DNA of 64,000 bases from Octopus sinensis (taxonomy: Eukaryota). The first letter of the stretch is position 1, and the number at the start of each line of letters is the position of its first letter. Below are positions 10,197 to 21,993 of this stretch, one piece after another. Position numbers and translations under genes: made by a program. The notes beneath the pieces were generated by a model. That model was not told the DNA's origin. It saw only the letters and a list, made by a program, of their open reading frames with translations, and did not search any database. The stretch lies in assembly GCF_006345805.1 (NCBI RefSeq), contig NC_042997.1, positions 9,858,001 through 9,922,000 of the forward strand, written 5' to 3'.

Positions 10197-12089
10197 TTTC
10201 TTAGCCCACCCCGCAAAACAAGTATCATGAAGGACTAGGCAGTTAGCCTGTACTGCTCTACATGCAACATCAAGTATTTGGCTTTCTTCTACAAACCAGC
10301 AACAGTGCTTGTACACTGAACGTGTTGGTCCAGAATGGAACAGGCCCTGCTTATATTTCTGTGCCTGTAGAGATTATATGAAACAAAAAAAAAAACCCGC
10401 CATCCTCTGAAAACGATTCCTCAGTTGATCTTCGTCGACAAGAAAGAAGACAAAAACTGTTGCTGTGATTAGTTCTAGAGAAAATGCGAGGCTTTACGTT
10501 CGATTGTGAATATCTACAACTTAACCTCAAATTATTGAGTCTCAGAATAGATGGAGGTATAAAATGAAAGAGTAAACACTCTCATCTGGTGAGGTACGAC
10601 AATCAGACAACAATAAATATGAACAGTGTATTTCAAATCCAAGTGAGAAGTTATAGCTTCCTCCTTACTTATTTTGCTAGCCTTCTAACAGTTTGTGTCT
10701 CACTGCTCATCTTGAAACTTGGATGCTCAAAGGCGGTGTAAACATTTTTAATGTTGGGGGTGGTACGACGTATTTTACCTTTCCTCAGTAGATCAGTTTT
10801 AAGGTATTTATGTTAACTGTTGTGGTTTTCGCCAATATCCCATCTTTCGAAAGTCAACAATAATAGAGACACCAGCAACAACAACACAATATCAACAGGA
10901 ACAGCGTCAGTAGCAGCAGTATAAACTAATCAACCCCAAGAACCAGAGTAGAACGCGACACTACCTTGAAATAAACAGCAATCACAGACACGCACACAGT
11001 TAATAGTTTGTGATTTTCCTTCACTACCTCAGACGGGGAAGAGGAGGGATATATTTTCGCAATGAAGCGTAGTGTTGGGGATGAGATGTTTCCTAAAAAT
11101 TGAGTTATTTACTTTCTTAGAATGATGCTTTCGCTTTATTTCCTATTTCTGCACTCGTTGTCTGTTACATAGGAGGTATGTCACTAGTAGAAATATCATG
11201 ATCATATACAGTGTAAATTATTCTATTATCACTAAAAGTCATTTATCCTGCCGCCCCACCCTTTTTCTCTTTTTGCACATCGATTTTCTTATCACTGAAA
11301 ATAATTTCATGTTAGGTAAGTGCTATTTTCCTCTCTCTTTGTCTCTATCACTGAGAACTACATTTTATTACTCTGCAGCTACTCGTATTGAACATATAGG
11401 GTAGACGAATATTGTTTAACCGACAATACATTGTTACCTGATATAATTAACCATTATTATACATTGTAGTCCCTGTCCAAATATCTTTTACTTTTCTATA
11501 CATATACATTATAAAAAAAGAAGGGCCATTAGAGAGAAAACAACTGCAAGAAAGGAATAAGCAAACTCCTACATGAAAATAGAAGAGAAAGTGAATGATC
11601 TAGAAATGAAAATGGCATGTGAATATTTCAAGGTGTTGTGTAATACCTGTGAGCTAGTGTATTGCCTGCCTCTGATCACACAATGCACTTGGTCTTCGTT
11701 TACATCTGAGATACCAACATTAGAGATGATCATCATCATCGAATGTACATTAATCCATATTTGAACGATTTCAAAGTGGTAGTCGCAACATTTCATTTTG
11801 GTTATTGGTTCATGTTCTACGAAAAACTATATTTAAGCTATTTCCGTAATAGTAACTCTCATTCCTGAAAAAAAAAAGAAAAATTGCAGGAAATTAGTAA
11901 ACTGAATCAAGATACGCCGCCCTTTGTTCTGTCGATCACAAGAAGAACTAAAGACTGCAAATGACATTCCTGGGAGTTAATAATAACAACAAACATTTTA
12001 AAATGATGGACAGGGAAGTTTAGGTGTGAGGCATTGAAGCAATGTTTCATTTAGGATGGTAATTATTACAGGAGAACATTGTCCATAGC

Positions 12090-12795
12090 TTCTATAAAGA
12101 TGAAGAATGCCCACTGCTAGTTGTTCCGAGGTAATAAGAGGAAACTAAGAACAGCTAAAATTCAAAATGACAATTTGAAAGGCTTTATAGTAAGACAGAG
12201 AGTGATTTCATGTTCCTTTATTAAGGGTCCTAGGTACTACAAAAACTTTGATGACGTGCTTGATTCCGCAAATGTGAAAATAATTATATTTAATGAAGAA
12301 AGACTGTTACAGAATCATTGATAGTTGCGCGTTGATAAAGACAATCTGTACAATTATCCAGTGGCTCCTTAAACAGCTTTGTTTTAATGGAGTATCTCAC
12401 TCATTACTTTCAACTTGAAATATAAATAAGGCAAGTGAATTCGTGAATGGAACAACACTTCAATTCTATCAACCCATTTCTATAAACGTATAATTGAAGG
12501 TGATATTGTTAGAGAAGGTGAACATTATAGAAAACATGTCATTTGTCAGGAATTAAAATTGAGATGCCACTCTACCATTCACCTTTACGTTGTCACAGTC
12601 TCCAGTTCAAATGGTTCTTGCAATGACTGTCAATAAATCTCATTGTGAATCGTTGAATGACGTTGCTCAATTCTTCTTCAATGCATATGACTAACTGTAC
12701 GTAGCTCTGCCCAAAACTTCACAATGTGATGCATGTATAGGGAATATCTTGAAGAAAGTTACCAACATTGTGAACACTGAAGCTTTCCAGTATCA
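12090..12795 (+). mobile_element. Helitron RepHel remnant (internally deleted)
   Basis: LPFTFTLSQSPVQMVLAMTVNKSHCESLNDV...LYVAL (12620-12709) and KVTNIVNTEAF match the PIF1-helicase C-terminus (LPF.F.R.QFPV...AMT(I/V)NKSQG...LYVALSR...TKNIVY.E). Upstream RGNKRKLR and SFIKGPRYY match Rep motifs. Confidence 0.75.
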
Positions 12796-12858
12796 CAATT
12801 TCTTTCCTTTTTTATTATCTGGATACTTCAGATGGATATATATGCGTTAATGTTTATC

Positions 12859-12890
<32 letters not shown>

Positions 12891-12924
12891 AGTGTGTATG
12901 TGTATGTGTATGTGTGTGTGTATC

Positions 12925-14455
12925 TACTCTTAACCGCAAAAGAAACACGATTTTTTCAAATGTCATTTTTATATAGTAAATTCTGAAAATTTATTTCGGG
13001 AATGTAAGTGTAAATATCCCAAGACATGCTGGTTTATGTCTGAGACCCAAATTGCAAGTAACCTTTCAACTTTCCCTGAAGCGTGAAGCCAAAGTGCAGC
13101 TGCGCTGAATGCCGTAGGTAGCAGTCGCCAATAACTGGTCATGAAAACTGAAAGGCACGTGCATCACGTGGAGGTTATGGGTATAAAAATCAACTTGAAC
13201 CGCGTTCCTTGCATTTGTAATTTTTCCGCTGTGTTGACGTATTATACTTTGCTGGTTATCGTTAATTTAAGTGTTTGAATTTGCCGTTGTTTCATCTGTT
13301 GTGTGTTTTTATAATAAAAAAATTGTTTTACTGCGTTTGACAGATGTTTTAACTTTTTCTCCTTTGTGTGAAGGGGGAAATTATCATTGTTTTCGCTGGG
13401 TGTTTGCACCCAAAATTTATCATTTGAAAAATGAGTAGTCCCTCTGGCGAGGAACCACGCCTAGGCAGGACAGCTTCCTCTACCTGCAGCAACTCCGTGG
13501 TTTCTTCAGATTGGCCAAGGTGACAGCTCGCGAGACCACTGTCACTGGATAGCGACCCATCAGCGACGATACGGTACGACTTCGTCTGGGCGCCAACAAC
13601 CTGCGTTGCTGTCGTCCTGCTCGAGTGCCTGTCCTCACTACCTGCCACCGTCAGGCACGACTACAGTGAGCTACACAGCACTCTACAGAGACGCATGTGT
13701 CATGGAGAGAGACATGTGGAGTGGACAAAGCATCATGGTTTGGGGTACTGTAAGCCTGGATCAGAGAATTGAGGGTCATGTGTTCCAAAATGTTGATGCA
13801 GGCAGACCAAATGGCATCACAGCGCAGCGCTACGTTGACGAGATCCTAAGATCTCACAACGTGCTCTTCACCATAGCCATGAACTTTCTGCCTCAGCACA
13901 ACAGCAGAACCATGCAGTGGCCGGCTCTCAGTCCGGATTTGAACCTGCATCAGAGAATTGAAGCCCATGTGTCCCAAATGTTCAGAGAATTGGGGCCCAT
14001 GTATTCCAAACTGGTGCAGGCAGAAGGAATGGCATCACAGCGCAGCGCTACGTTGAGGAAGTCTTAAGAACTCACAACGTACCGTAGGATGAAGGTGACG
14101 GCTGAACCAGATGGTCCCAAGGCTGACAACTAATGTAAAACTGAAGGCAGCTTTCGTCAGGGTGTGGGCACAGGTGCCAATGGCTTTTGTGAACCGACTC
14201 ATACATTTCATGTATTGATGGTGTGTGGCCGTTTTGAACACCCGGGGGTGGGGGTAGCATACATGGTATTGAACATGTCACGCCCTACAATCTCGATGTG
14301 CTACCAGAACACACGGCAACGACCCATAGACTGTGGTCAGAGTGCATCCAAGAAATTGACTTTAACAGATTTATCAAAATACATTTCTCATATAATGAAA
14401 TTCAAACACATTTCACAGTCACACGCATCTCACTCTTCTTTAGCGGTTCAGAGTA
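12925..14455 (+). mobile_element. Tc1-family DNA transposon, defective
   Basis: Terminal inverted repeats TACTCT(T/G)AACCGC(A/T)AAAGAA with TA at both ends. Transposase remnants include ISDDTVRLRLGANNLRCCRP..VPVLTTCHRQARLQ*A, ERDMWSGQSIMVWG, TAQRYVDEILR and WPALSPDLN; frameshifts and internal duplication. Confidence 0.9.
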
Positions 14456-15142
14456 GATGTATGCGTTAGTGTTTATCATTCATCACCATCACTAAGAACA
14501 AGGACAACTGCTACCGAGTCAATATCAATGATAATAATAGAGCTGTCATGTTACCAAGGACACTGGATTTGGCTTTCTCCTGTTTCTGACAATGGCATCT
14601 GCTTACTCTCAACCGTAGACTGTACTTCGACCTCAGAAACATAATTTTCTATTATGATTATGGAAATGACGTGTCAACTGGTTCAACCAATCAGTAACCA
14701 TCAATTAATTCAGTACATTGTACCACATTACACTTCATTACAATACAATTCACTACATGACACTATTTTCAACACGAAAATAACAAGCACAAAATCTCAA
14801 AAGTAACTCAAGTTTTTCACACTGCTATATTCCGAACAATTTCTGTTCCATAAAGATGTTTGAACTAAAAACTAAAACAGCATCAGCCAGAATCGTAGCA
14901 ACAAATAACAACATTACATATAAGAGATTTTTAACATTTATACCATCAAAAAACAAATAATATTTCCTGATATTGACTTTCAAAATCAAAGAGTTAGATA
15001 CAGGCAATTTGTCATATATACTTTGATACTTGATAAAAGGAGAAAAACCTCTTTTTCACAATCCACCCACAGGAAAATATTTAAAAACGTACTAACAGAG
15101 TAATAATTGATACATACATAAAAACACATACATATACAGGCA

Positions 15143-15207
<65 letters not shown>

Positions 15208-15213
<6 letters not shown>

Positions 15214-15333
15214 GCATCCATGAATACAGTGTCTGTACTTGAAAATGTGCAAAAATGTATGTATATAAATACATATGTAGTCAGACATGTGCATGTGTAT
15301 GTGTGTGTGTGTATACCCGATTGGAAGCATATA

Positions 15334-15378
<45 letters not shown>

Positions 15379-15509
15379 ATATATATATGTATATGCATCC
15401 ATGAATACAGTGTCTGTACTTGAAAATGTGCAAAAATGTATGTATATAAATACATATGTAGTTAGACATGTGCATGTGTATGTGTGTGTGTGTATACCCG
15501 ATTGGAAGC
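15208..15509. repeat. Direct repeat: two 121-bp units separated by (TA)n, period 181 bp
   Basis: 15208-15328 and 15389-15509 differ by a single substitution. Confidence 0.9.
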
Positions 15510-16816
15510 ATATATATATATATATATATATATGTTTATGCGTATACAACTTTAAAATATCTTTACGATTATTTAAAAAAAACTTTTTTCTCACTTTCCT
15601 TCTTTCCTAAACAAATTCAGATGTAAGTAGAATGGGTTACACGTAGAGCAGGTGAAATATCGAAGAAAGCAGACGCAATAATTGAATGAATATAATATAC
15701 AAAAAAAAAAAAAAGGAAGGAAGAGGAGTAAAAGAAGTTAGTAATAGGAGGATAAAGAAGTGGAGGTGAAAGGGGGGGGAGGTGAAATGGAATAGGCATC
15801 AGAAATGGAAGTAGAAGGTGAGGAATCAAACGAAGAAGTAGAAAATGAAATAAAGACTAATGGAGACCTTTCAAAGCAAACAAATTCATATATTGATATT
15901 TTCAAATCTAATAGAAGATATCTATAATGCCATTTTTACAGTCCTTTCATCTATTGCATGAGGCTTTTTAGTTTAGAATGCTAAAAAGAAAGAAAAATAA
16001 TAAATGAAAATATAAACAGGTCTCACTCTTTTGGTAGTACTTGCTTTCAATGGTTGTATTATATACACGCAAAACGTACACATAAACACACACACACATA
16101 TATGTATATAAGCGTTTTTATATGAATATATATGTATATTGTATATATATATATGTATACACACATAGACATAATTATATACGCTTAGATATATATATAA
16201 ATATATATATCTTTATATAATATATATCTTCACTAATGTATTGTGTGTATGTGTGTGTATATATATGTGTGTGTGTGTATACACACATACACACATATTT
16301 GTGCCTATATAAACGTACAGGCTTATACATACATTTATATAGGCAGATAAGCATATGCATACATATATATAGATAGATGCACATATATATGTATATGTGT
16401 GAATATATATATATGTATGTATATATATGCTTATATATATATATATATGTATATATGTGTTTATAAATATGTGTCTACATGTATGTGCGTGTATATATAT
16501 ATATATATATAGATAGATAGATAGATACACACACACGCACTCCTTCATTATATGTATATAAATATCTACTTATTTATATGTGTGTGTGTGCGTATATATG
16601 CATGTGCGTGTGTTGTTTTTAAGTAGATACATATTCATTATATATGTATATATATGTATGAAACTATCATTATATATAACCATTTGCGCGCACGCACACA
16701 GAGAGTGAAAGAGAGAGAGAGAGAGAGTGTGTGTGTCAATGTGACGGAGAGAGAAATAGACAGACAGGATATGTGCGGATATGTGTGTGTATGAGTATGT
16801 ATGTATGTATGTGTGT

Positions 16817-16860
<44 letters not shown>

Positions 16861-16863
16861 GGG

Positions 16864-16900
<37 letters not shown>

Positions 16901-17185
16901 GAACTACTAGTTGAATATATGAAACCAGGTTGCATCATCATTTCAATGAATCAGATATAGTATATGACTTCAGAGGAATCTTAAACTTTAATTTATAACT
17001 TAACAGCTTCTTTCAGTAATTCACTTTATTTTCGTCTCTTACTTTTTACTCGGCTTTTTAGAAGTTCAACTGACAAAAAAAAAAAAAATGGTGGAAAATA
17101 TAAATGTTTCAATATTTTCCGATATTGAAAAACATCAAGATGATGGGTCTAAAAACACACACGCACACACACACTCAGACACACG

Positions 17186-17228
<43 letters not shown>

Positions 17229-17234
17229 GTGTAT

Positions 17235-17279
<45 letters not shown>

Positions 17280-17519
17280 ATACATGTGTGTATACATATA
17301 TATATATGTATGCACATACATATTTATATATATTTATATATTTATATATATATATATGTATATGTATATATGCATTTATATACATATATATATATATATG
17401 ATGTATGTGTACTCATACACTTACATACATACATTTACAAGCGCATGCACACATAGCGTAAACAAGAAAAAATAACATGGTGTTCTTAATAATAAAAGTA
17501 GAGTGATATAAATTATTGA

Positions 17520-18450
17520 AGGCTGGAATTTCACAATTCGTTAGTTTGAGTTTCTCGTTGACGATCTTCGTTCAACGAGAAAATAATTCGACATAAAATG
17601 AGCGTACAGAAAATGTCTGAAAATCATAGCTTCAGTGATATCGATTGACTTCAGCACTCACCCACGCCGATACGCATTCGCACAGGCACAAATCTATACA
17701 CACACACGCATACACACATACTCACACACAAACACCTACAATAGACATAGTGAATCCGATCGATAGCGCATATCTAAGTACGTAAATGTAGATATGTATG
17801 AGCGTGTTTCAAAATCTCACTTCAGTGACACACAGCGGAGCAACAGTGACTGACAGTGTCTGTGCTGTAGCTATGGTGGCGAGATACCAGTTCAGTCAGG
17901 TTCAACCAGGCTGCAGAAGTCCTGAATTGGCGATTTTACGGGGAGACAGTCTCGTAAAAGCGAGTTAGTCTTCTCGTAGCATCAGAGTTCACTAGTGGAT
18001 GAAAACTGGCAAAACTGAAGACGTAACTAAAGCTGTACCGTCAGCCTGTACATATATTTTTTTTATAAAAGCTAAAGCAATGTTAATAGACGAAAAGACA
18101 ATCCTCAGTCTCCTGCGGGTCGTCTTTCTGGTCGACCGATATCCCAGCGACGAGATGTTAAGAATCTCAGGTACCTGTAAGCAGTCAAGCAGTCGGATAA
18201 TAAAGTGTTATATACATCTACATGAGTAGGTCTCTAGCAAAAGAAGAAAACGAGTATAACCCATTTATTGGAGGAAAGGAAAATAATTTGATATGAGGAG
18301 TAAGGACTGTAAAATACGTCGAAGGAAAGAATTAGCAGCAATTTCGAAGGACGGAAATATGTTGAGACAAGTAAAGGCAGAGGTAGCGAGAGCAAACGGT
18401 ATGTGAAAAACTGGCGTGAAAACTCGTATCCTGGAATTTACCTTTATCAT
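17520..18450. other. Non-repetitive, relatively CpG-rich island; possible promoter or 5' exon
   Basis: No match to any repeat family recognised here; visibly more CpG than the flanks; no recognisable protein. Confidence 0.25.
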
Positions 18451-18503
18451 GCACCAAGGTCCAAAATGTTCATTTCTGAGATGTGAAATGCGTCACAACA
18501 AAG

Positions 18504-18573
<70 letters not shown>

Positions 18574-18580
18574 TATATAT

Positions 18581-18688
18581 TCGTGACCGACCAGGCTATT
18601 AGATGTTGCTACACATTGCTGGTCACAATGCGCTTTGCATTGTTTTAGCCTTCAAATGACGCCACCCCGCTGGCTAAGGCAGCAGGTC

Positions 18689-18689
<1 letters not shown>
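18581..18689 (-). mobile_element. SINE 3'-tail fragment between (TA)n tracts
   Basis: tcgtgaccgaccaggctattagatgttgctacac...gacgccaccccgctggctaag resembles an octopus SINE tail (recalled, not searched). Confidence 0.45.
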
Positions 18690-18721
<32 letters not shown>

Positions 18722-19309
18722 TAACCCGATCGGAATCCATCTATATAACTGTCTGTCTTTATACATATATACGTATGTATATATATATATATACATACAT
18801 GTCTGTGTGAATGTGTACGTAAATCTCTCTCTCTCTCTCTCTGTATATGTATATATATATATATATACATACATATATACATACATACGTACACACATAC
18901 ATATCTGTGTGAATGTATACGCATCTTTCTTTCTCTCTATATATACATGTGTCTGTGTGTCTGTGTGTGTGAGTTTATTAACCAGCTCTATTAATGTAAT
19001 TTTTATCATACACAGTGTATGAGTGGATGTGTTTTGTCTATGCGTCTATTTGCTGCGGTATAAAGCCTGGGAATAACTCCCAGCACGACGCCTAAAGTTA
19101 AAGAATACTAAAGGTCGCAGACCAGGCGAGACAGTTATCGTCGATGCGATCAAGAACAGTAAAAGCTGATATCTCGTTATTGTTGTGCTGTATCAACATC
19201 ATGTACTCGGATCATTTTGAAACGAAAAATTCGCCGGTCTGGGACTAACATGCAAATAGATTGAAGTTTATTTGCTGATGTACTACGGCGTAGCACACGT
19301 AGAGAAAAA

Positions 19310-21630
19310 TTATCTTACGAAACAAAAGGACATGCCAAAGCTATGCAGGTATGATTATCACCAGGCAAATTGGGAAACTATTAACAACCAGTTACAAATC
19401 ATTGACTGGGATCTCTACCTTACTGGGCCAGATAAACACAAGAAATTCTTAAACAAGATCGAAGAAATATGTGAAAAAAATGTTCCTCTAAAGAAAACCA
19501 AGTCCACAAAAAACCTGTACCACGGGAGCGAAAGATCCTGATGCGCAAAAGGTCAAGACTAAGAAACAAAACATCTAAGCTGACATCAAAACATGAATTA
19601 CAGAAAGTCCTTGACCAAATATACAGATTAGAAGACAATCTAAAACAACACTATGATGAAGAACGTAACAATGCAGAAAAGAAAGCCATAGAAAACATCA
19701 AGAAAAATCCAAAATGTTTCTACAGTTTTGCAAAGAAATACTCGAACACCAAGTCAACAATAGGACCTCTCCAGAGACAAAATGGGGATGTAGTGAATAA
19801 CCCTATTGAAATGGCAGAAATGTTGGGTCAACAGTATGAAAGTGTCTTCAGTGAGCCATCTAAAACCATGAAGATCCACGACCCAGGAAAATTCTTCAAG
19901 GATATCGACCATACTAAACCTACCCTATCCGACATTGATTTCAACCCAGAAGACATAGCAAGAGCAATAGACAAGCTCTCCATGCACTCGGCTGCGGGGC
20001 CTGACGGTTTCAATGCCATGATACTTAAAAACTGCAAGGCACAATTGTCGAAACCCCTTTACATGATATGGAGGGAATCTATGGAGAATGGCAAAATACC
20101 AAATACATATAAAGAAGCACACATAACTCCAATACATAAAGGGGATAGCAAATCAAAACCAAAGAACTACCGACCAATCTCACTGACATCACACATTATC
20201 AAGGTCTTCGAAAGAATAGTTCGTGGAAAACTGGTTGAGTTCCTGGAATCCAACAATCTGATGAATTGCAACCAGCATGGATTCAGGTTAGGTAGATCAT
20301 GCCTTTCCCAACTACTGGCACACCATGACCAAATCCTAGAAAATCTAGAGAATGGATACAACACAGATGTTATCTACCTCGACTTTGCCAAGGCATTTGA
20401 CAAGGTAGATCATGGCATCCTGGGTCACAAACTTCGAAAGCTAGGAGTAGGAGGAAAAGTTGGTACATGGATAAACGAGTTCCTTACAAATAGAACTCAA
20501 ACAGCCACTGTGAATGGAACCCATTCAACACCATCACCTGTGACCAGCAGTGTTCCTCAGGGTACAGTACTCGGCCCAATCCTGTTTCTCATCCTCATCT
20601 CTGACATAGATGAAGATACAACCAGCAACGTCTCATCCTTTGCTGATGACACCAGGGTCATGAGACAAATCAAAGACGAGGTGGATACAGAGGCCTTACA
20701 AAAGGACCTGACCACCATATATAAATGGCAGGAAACAAACAACATGTTGTTCAATGATAAGAAGTTTGAACTAATTCGCTACGGAACAGATCAAGATCTG
20801 AAAAATACAACAAACTACAGAAACCCATCAGGACAACAAATAATGGAAAAACAGTATGTGAAAGATTTAGGCATCCACATGGGAACCAACCTAAAATTTA
20901 GAGAACACCTTGACTCAGTCTGTCTTACTGCAAGAAAGTACAGCGGGTGGATCTTGCGCACCTTCAAATCAAGAGATACCTCAACAATGAAAACCCTCTG
21001 GAACAGTATGATACTTCCGAGGATTGACTACTGTTCTCAGTTGTGGTCACCAACAACAAAGGGCCAACTATCTAAGATAGAATCGCTCCAAAGAAATTTT
21101 ACCTCATACTTCTCAGAAACGAGGGACCTGGACTATTGGCAAAGACTCAAAACCTTGAGGATGTACTCAATAGAAAGAAGATTTGAGCGATACCGAATTA
21201 TATACATTTGGAAAATGATAGAGCAGAAGGTGCCAAACTTTGGTATCAAAACCTACCACTCACTGCGCCACGGAAGACGCTGCCAGCTGCCACCAATCAA
21301 CAAAAAGGCTGGCCAGGCAGCAAAAACCCTGCGAGAATCAAGTCTGTTGGTTCGAGGAGCACAACTGTTCAACTCCATTCCGGTACATGTCAGAAATCTA
21401 TCAGGATGCAGTGTGGAATCATTCAAATTGCAACTGGATAGATACTTAAGCACCATTAGAGATGAACCCCATCTCCCAGGATATACACAACGAGCACAAA
21501 CTGACTCAAACTCGCTCCTACACATGTCAAATTTAAGCAGAGAATACAACCTGGCAACCACACCAGACTCTGAGGGTGGAGTCTTCGACTTGGCCTGAGC
21601 ATGGACTCAAACCCAAATGAAATGAAATGA
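19310..21630 (+). mobile_element. Young 5'-truncated CR1-clade LINE
   Basis: RT ORF, very short 3' UTR and (AAATG)3 tail at 21615-21629. No APE endonuclease domain upstream. One frameshift in an A-run near 19510. Confidence 0.9.
19541..21598 (+). CDS. CR1-type LINE reverse transcriptase (685 aa, C-terminal part of ORF2)
   Basis: Open frame with SAAGPDG, NYRPISLTS, QHGFR.GRSC, YLDFAKAFDKVDH, VPQGTVLGP, SFADD, KDLGI and RIDYCSQLWSP. The frame continues upstream (19272..19541 ORF) across a 1-nt frameshift. Confidence 0.9.
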   Translation: MRKRSRLRNKTSKLTSKHELQKVLDQIYRLEDNLKQHYDEERNNAEKKAIENIKKNPKCFYSFAKKYSNTKSTIGPLQRQNGDVVNNPIEMAEMLGQQYESVFSEPSKTMKIHDPGKFFKDIDHTKPTLSDIDFNPEDIARAIDKLSMHSAAGPDGFNAMILKNCKAQLSKPLYMIWRESMENGKIPNTYKEAHITPIHKGDSKSKPKNYRPISLTSHIIKVFERIVRGKLVEFLESNNLMNCNQHGFRLGRSCLSQLLAHHDQILENLENGYNTDVIYLDFAKAFDKVDHGILGHKLRKLGVGGKVGTWINEFLTNRTQTATVNGTHSTPSPVTSSVPQGTVLGPILFLILISDIDEDTTSNVSSFADDTRVMRQIKDEVDTEALQKDLTTIYKWQETNNMLFNDKKFELIRYGTDQDLKNTTNYRNPSGQQIMEKQYVKDLGIHMGTNLKFREHLDSVCLTARKYSGWILRTFKSRDTSTMKTLWNSMILPRIDYCSQLWSPTTKGQLSKIESLQRNFTSYFSETRDLDYWQRLKTLRMYSIERRFERYRIIYIWKMIEQKVPNFGIKTYHSLRHGRRCQLPPINKKAGQAAKTLRESSLLVRGAQLFNSIPVHVRNLSGCSVESFKLQLDRYLSTIRDEPHLPGYTQRAQTDSNSLLHMSNLSREYNLATTPDSEGGVFDLA

Positions 21631-21959
21631 AAAATCTAAAGCAAATCTAGTAATGTAAACATAATCGGTCATAGAAACATATATATTTTTGTTTAAGCTG
21701 CTATCTGCTGGTAAAAGTTCCCTACACGACGCCGAATGTTAAAAGGCACCGAGTGGCCATATATATATGAATAATCAACATTATTTCATGTATGTGCGAC
21801 CGAATCCTTGAAACAGCTGTAAAGAGCCACTTTGAATTTTCTTCTTTCTACTTACTTGGCAATGATTACAGCTTATGAAATCTCTGAATGTCCATATATT
21901 TATGAAAGGCTACTATAGACTATCTTTCGATTTTGTCTTATATGTATGATTATATAAAT

Positions 21960-21993
<34 letters not shown>

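Noticed and set aside
21790-21825. Possible hammerhead relic (tgcgaccgaatccttgaaacagctgt)
   Set aside because: The CUGANGA half of the core is missing.
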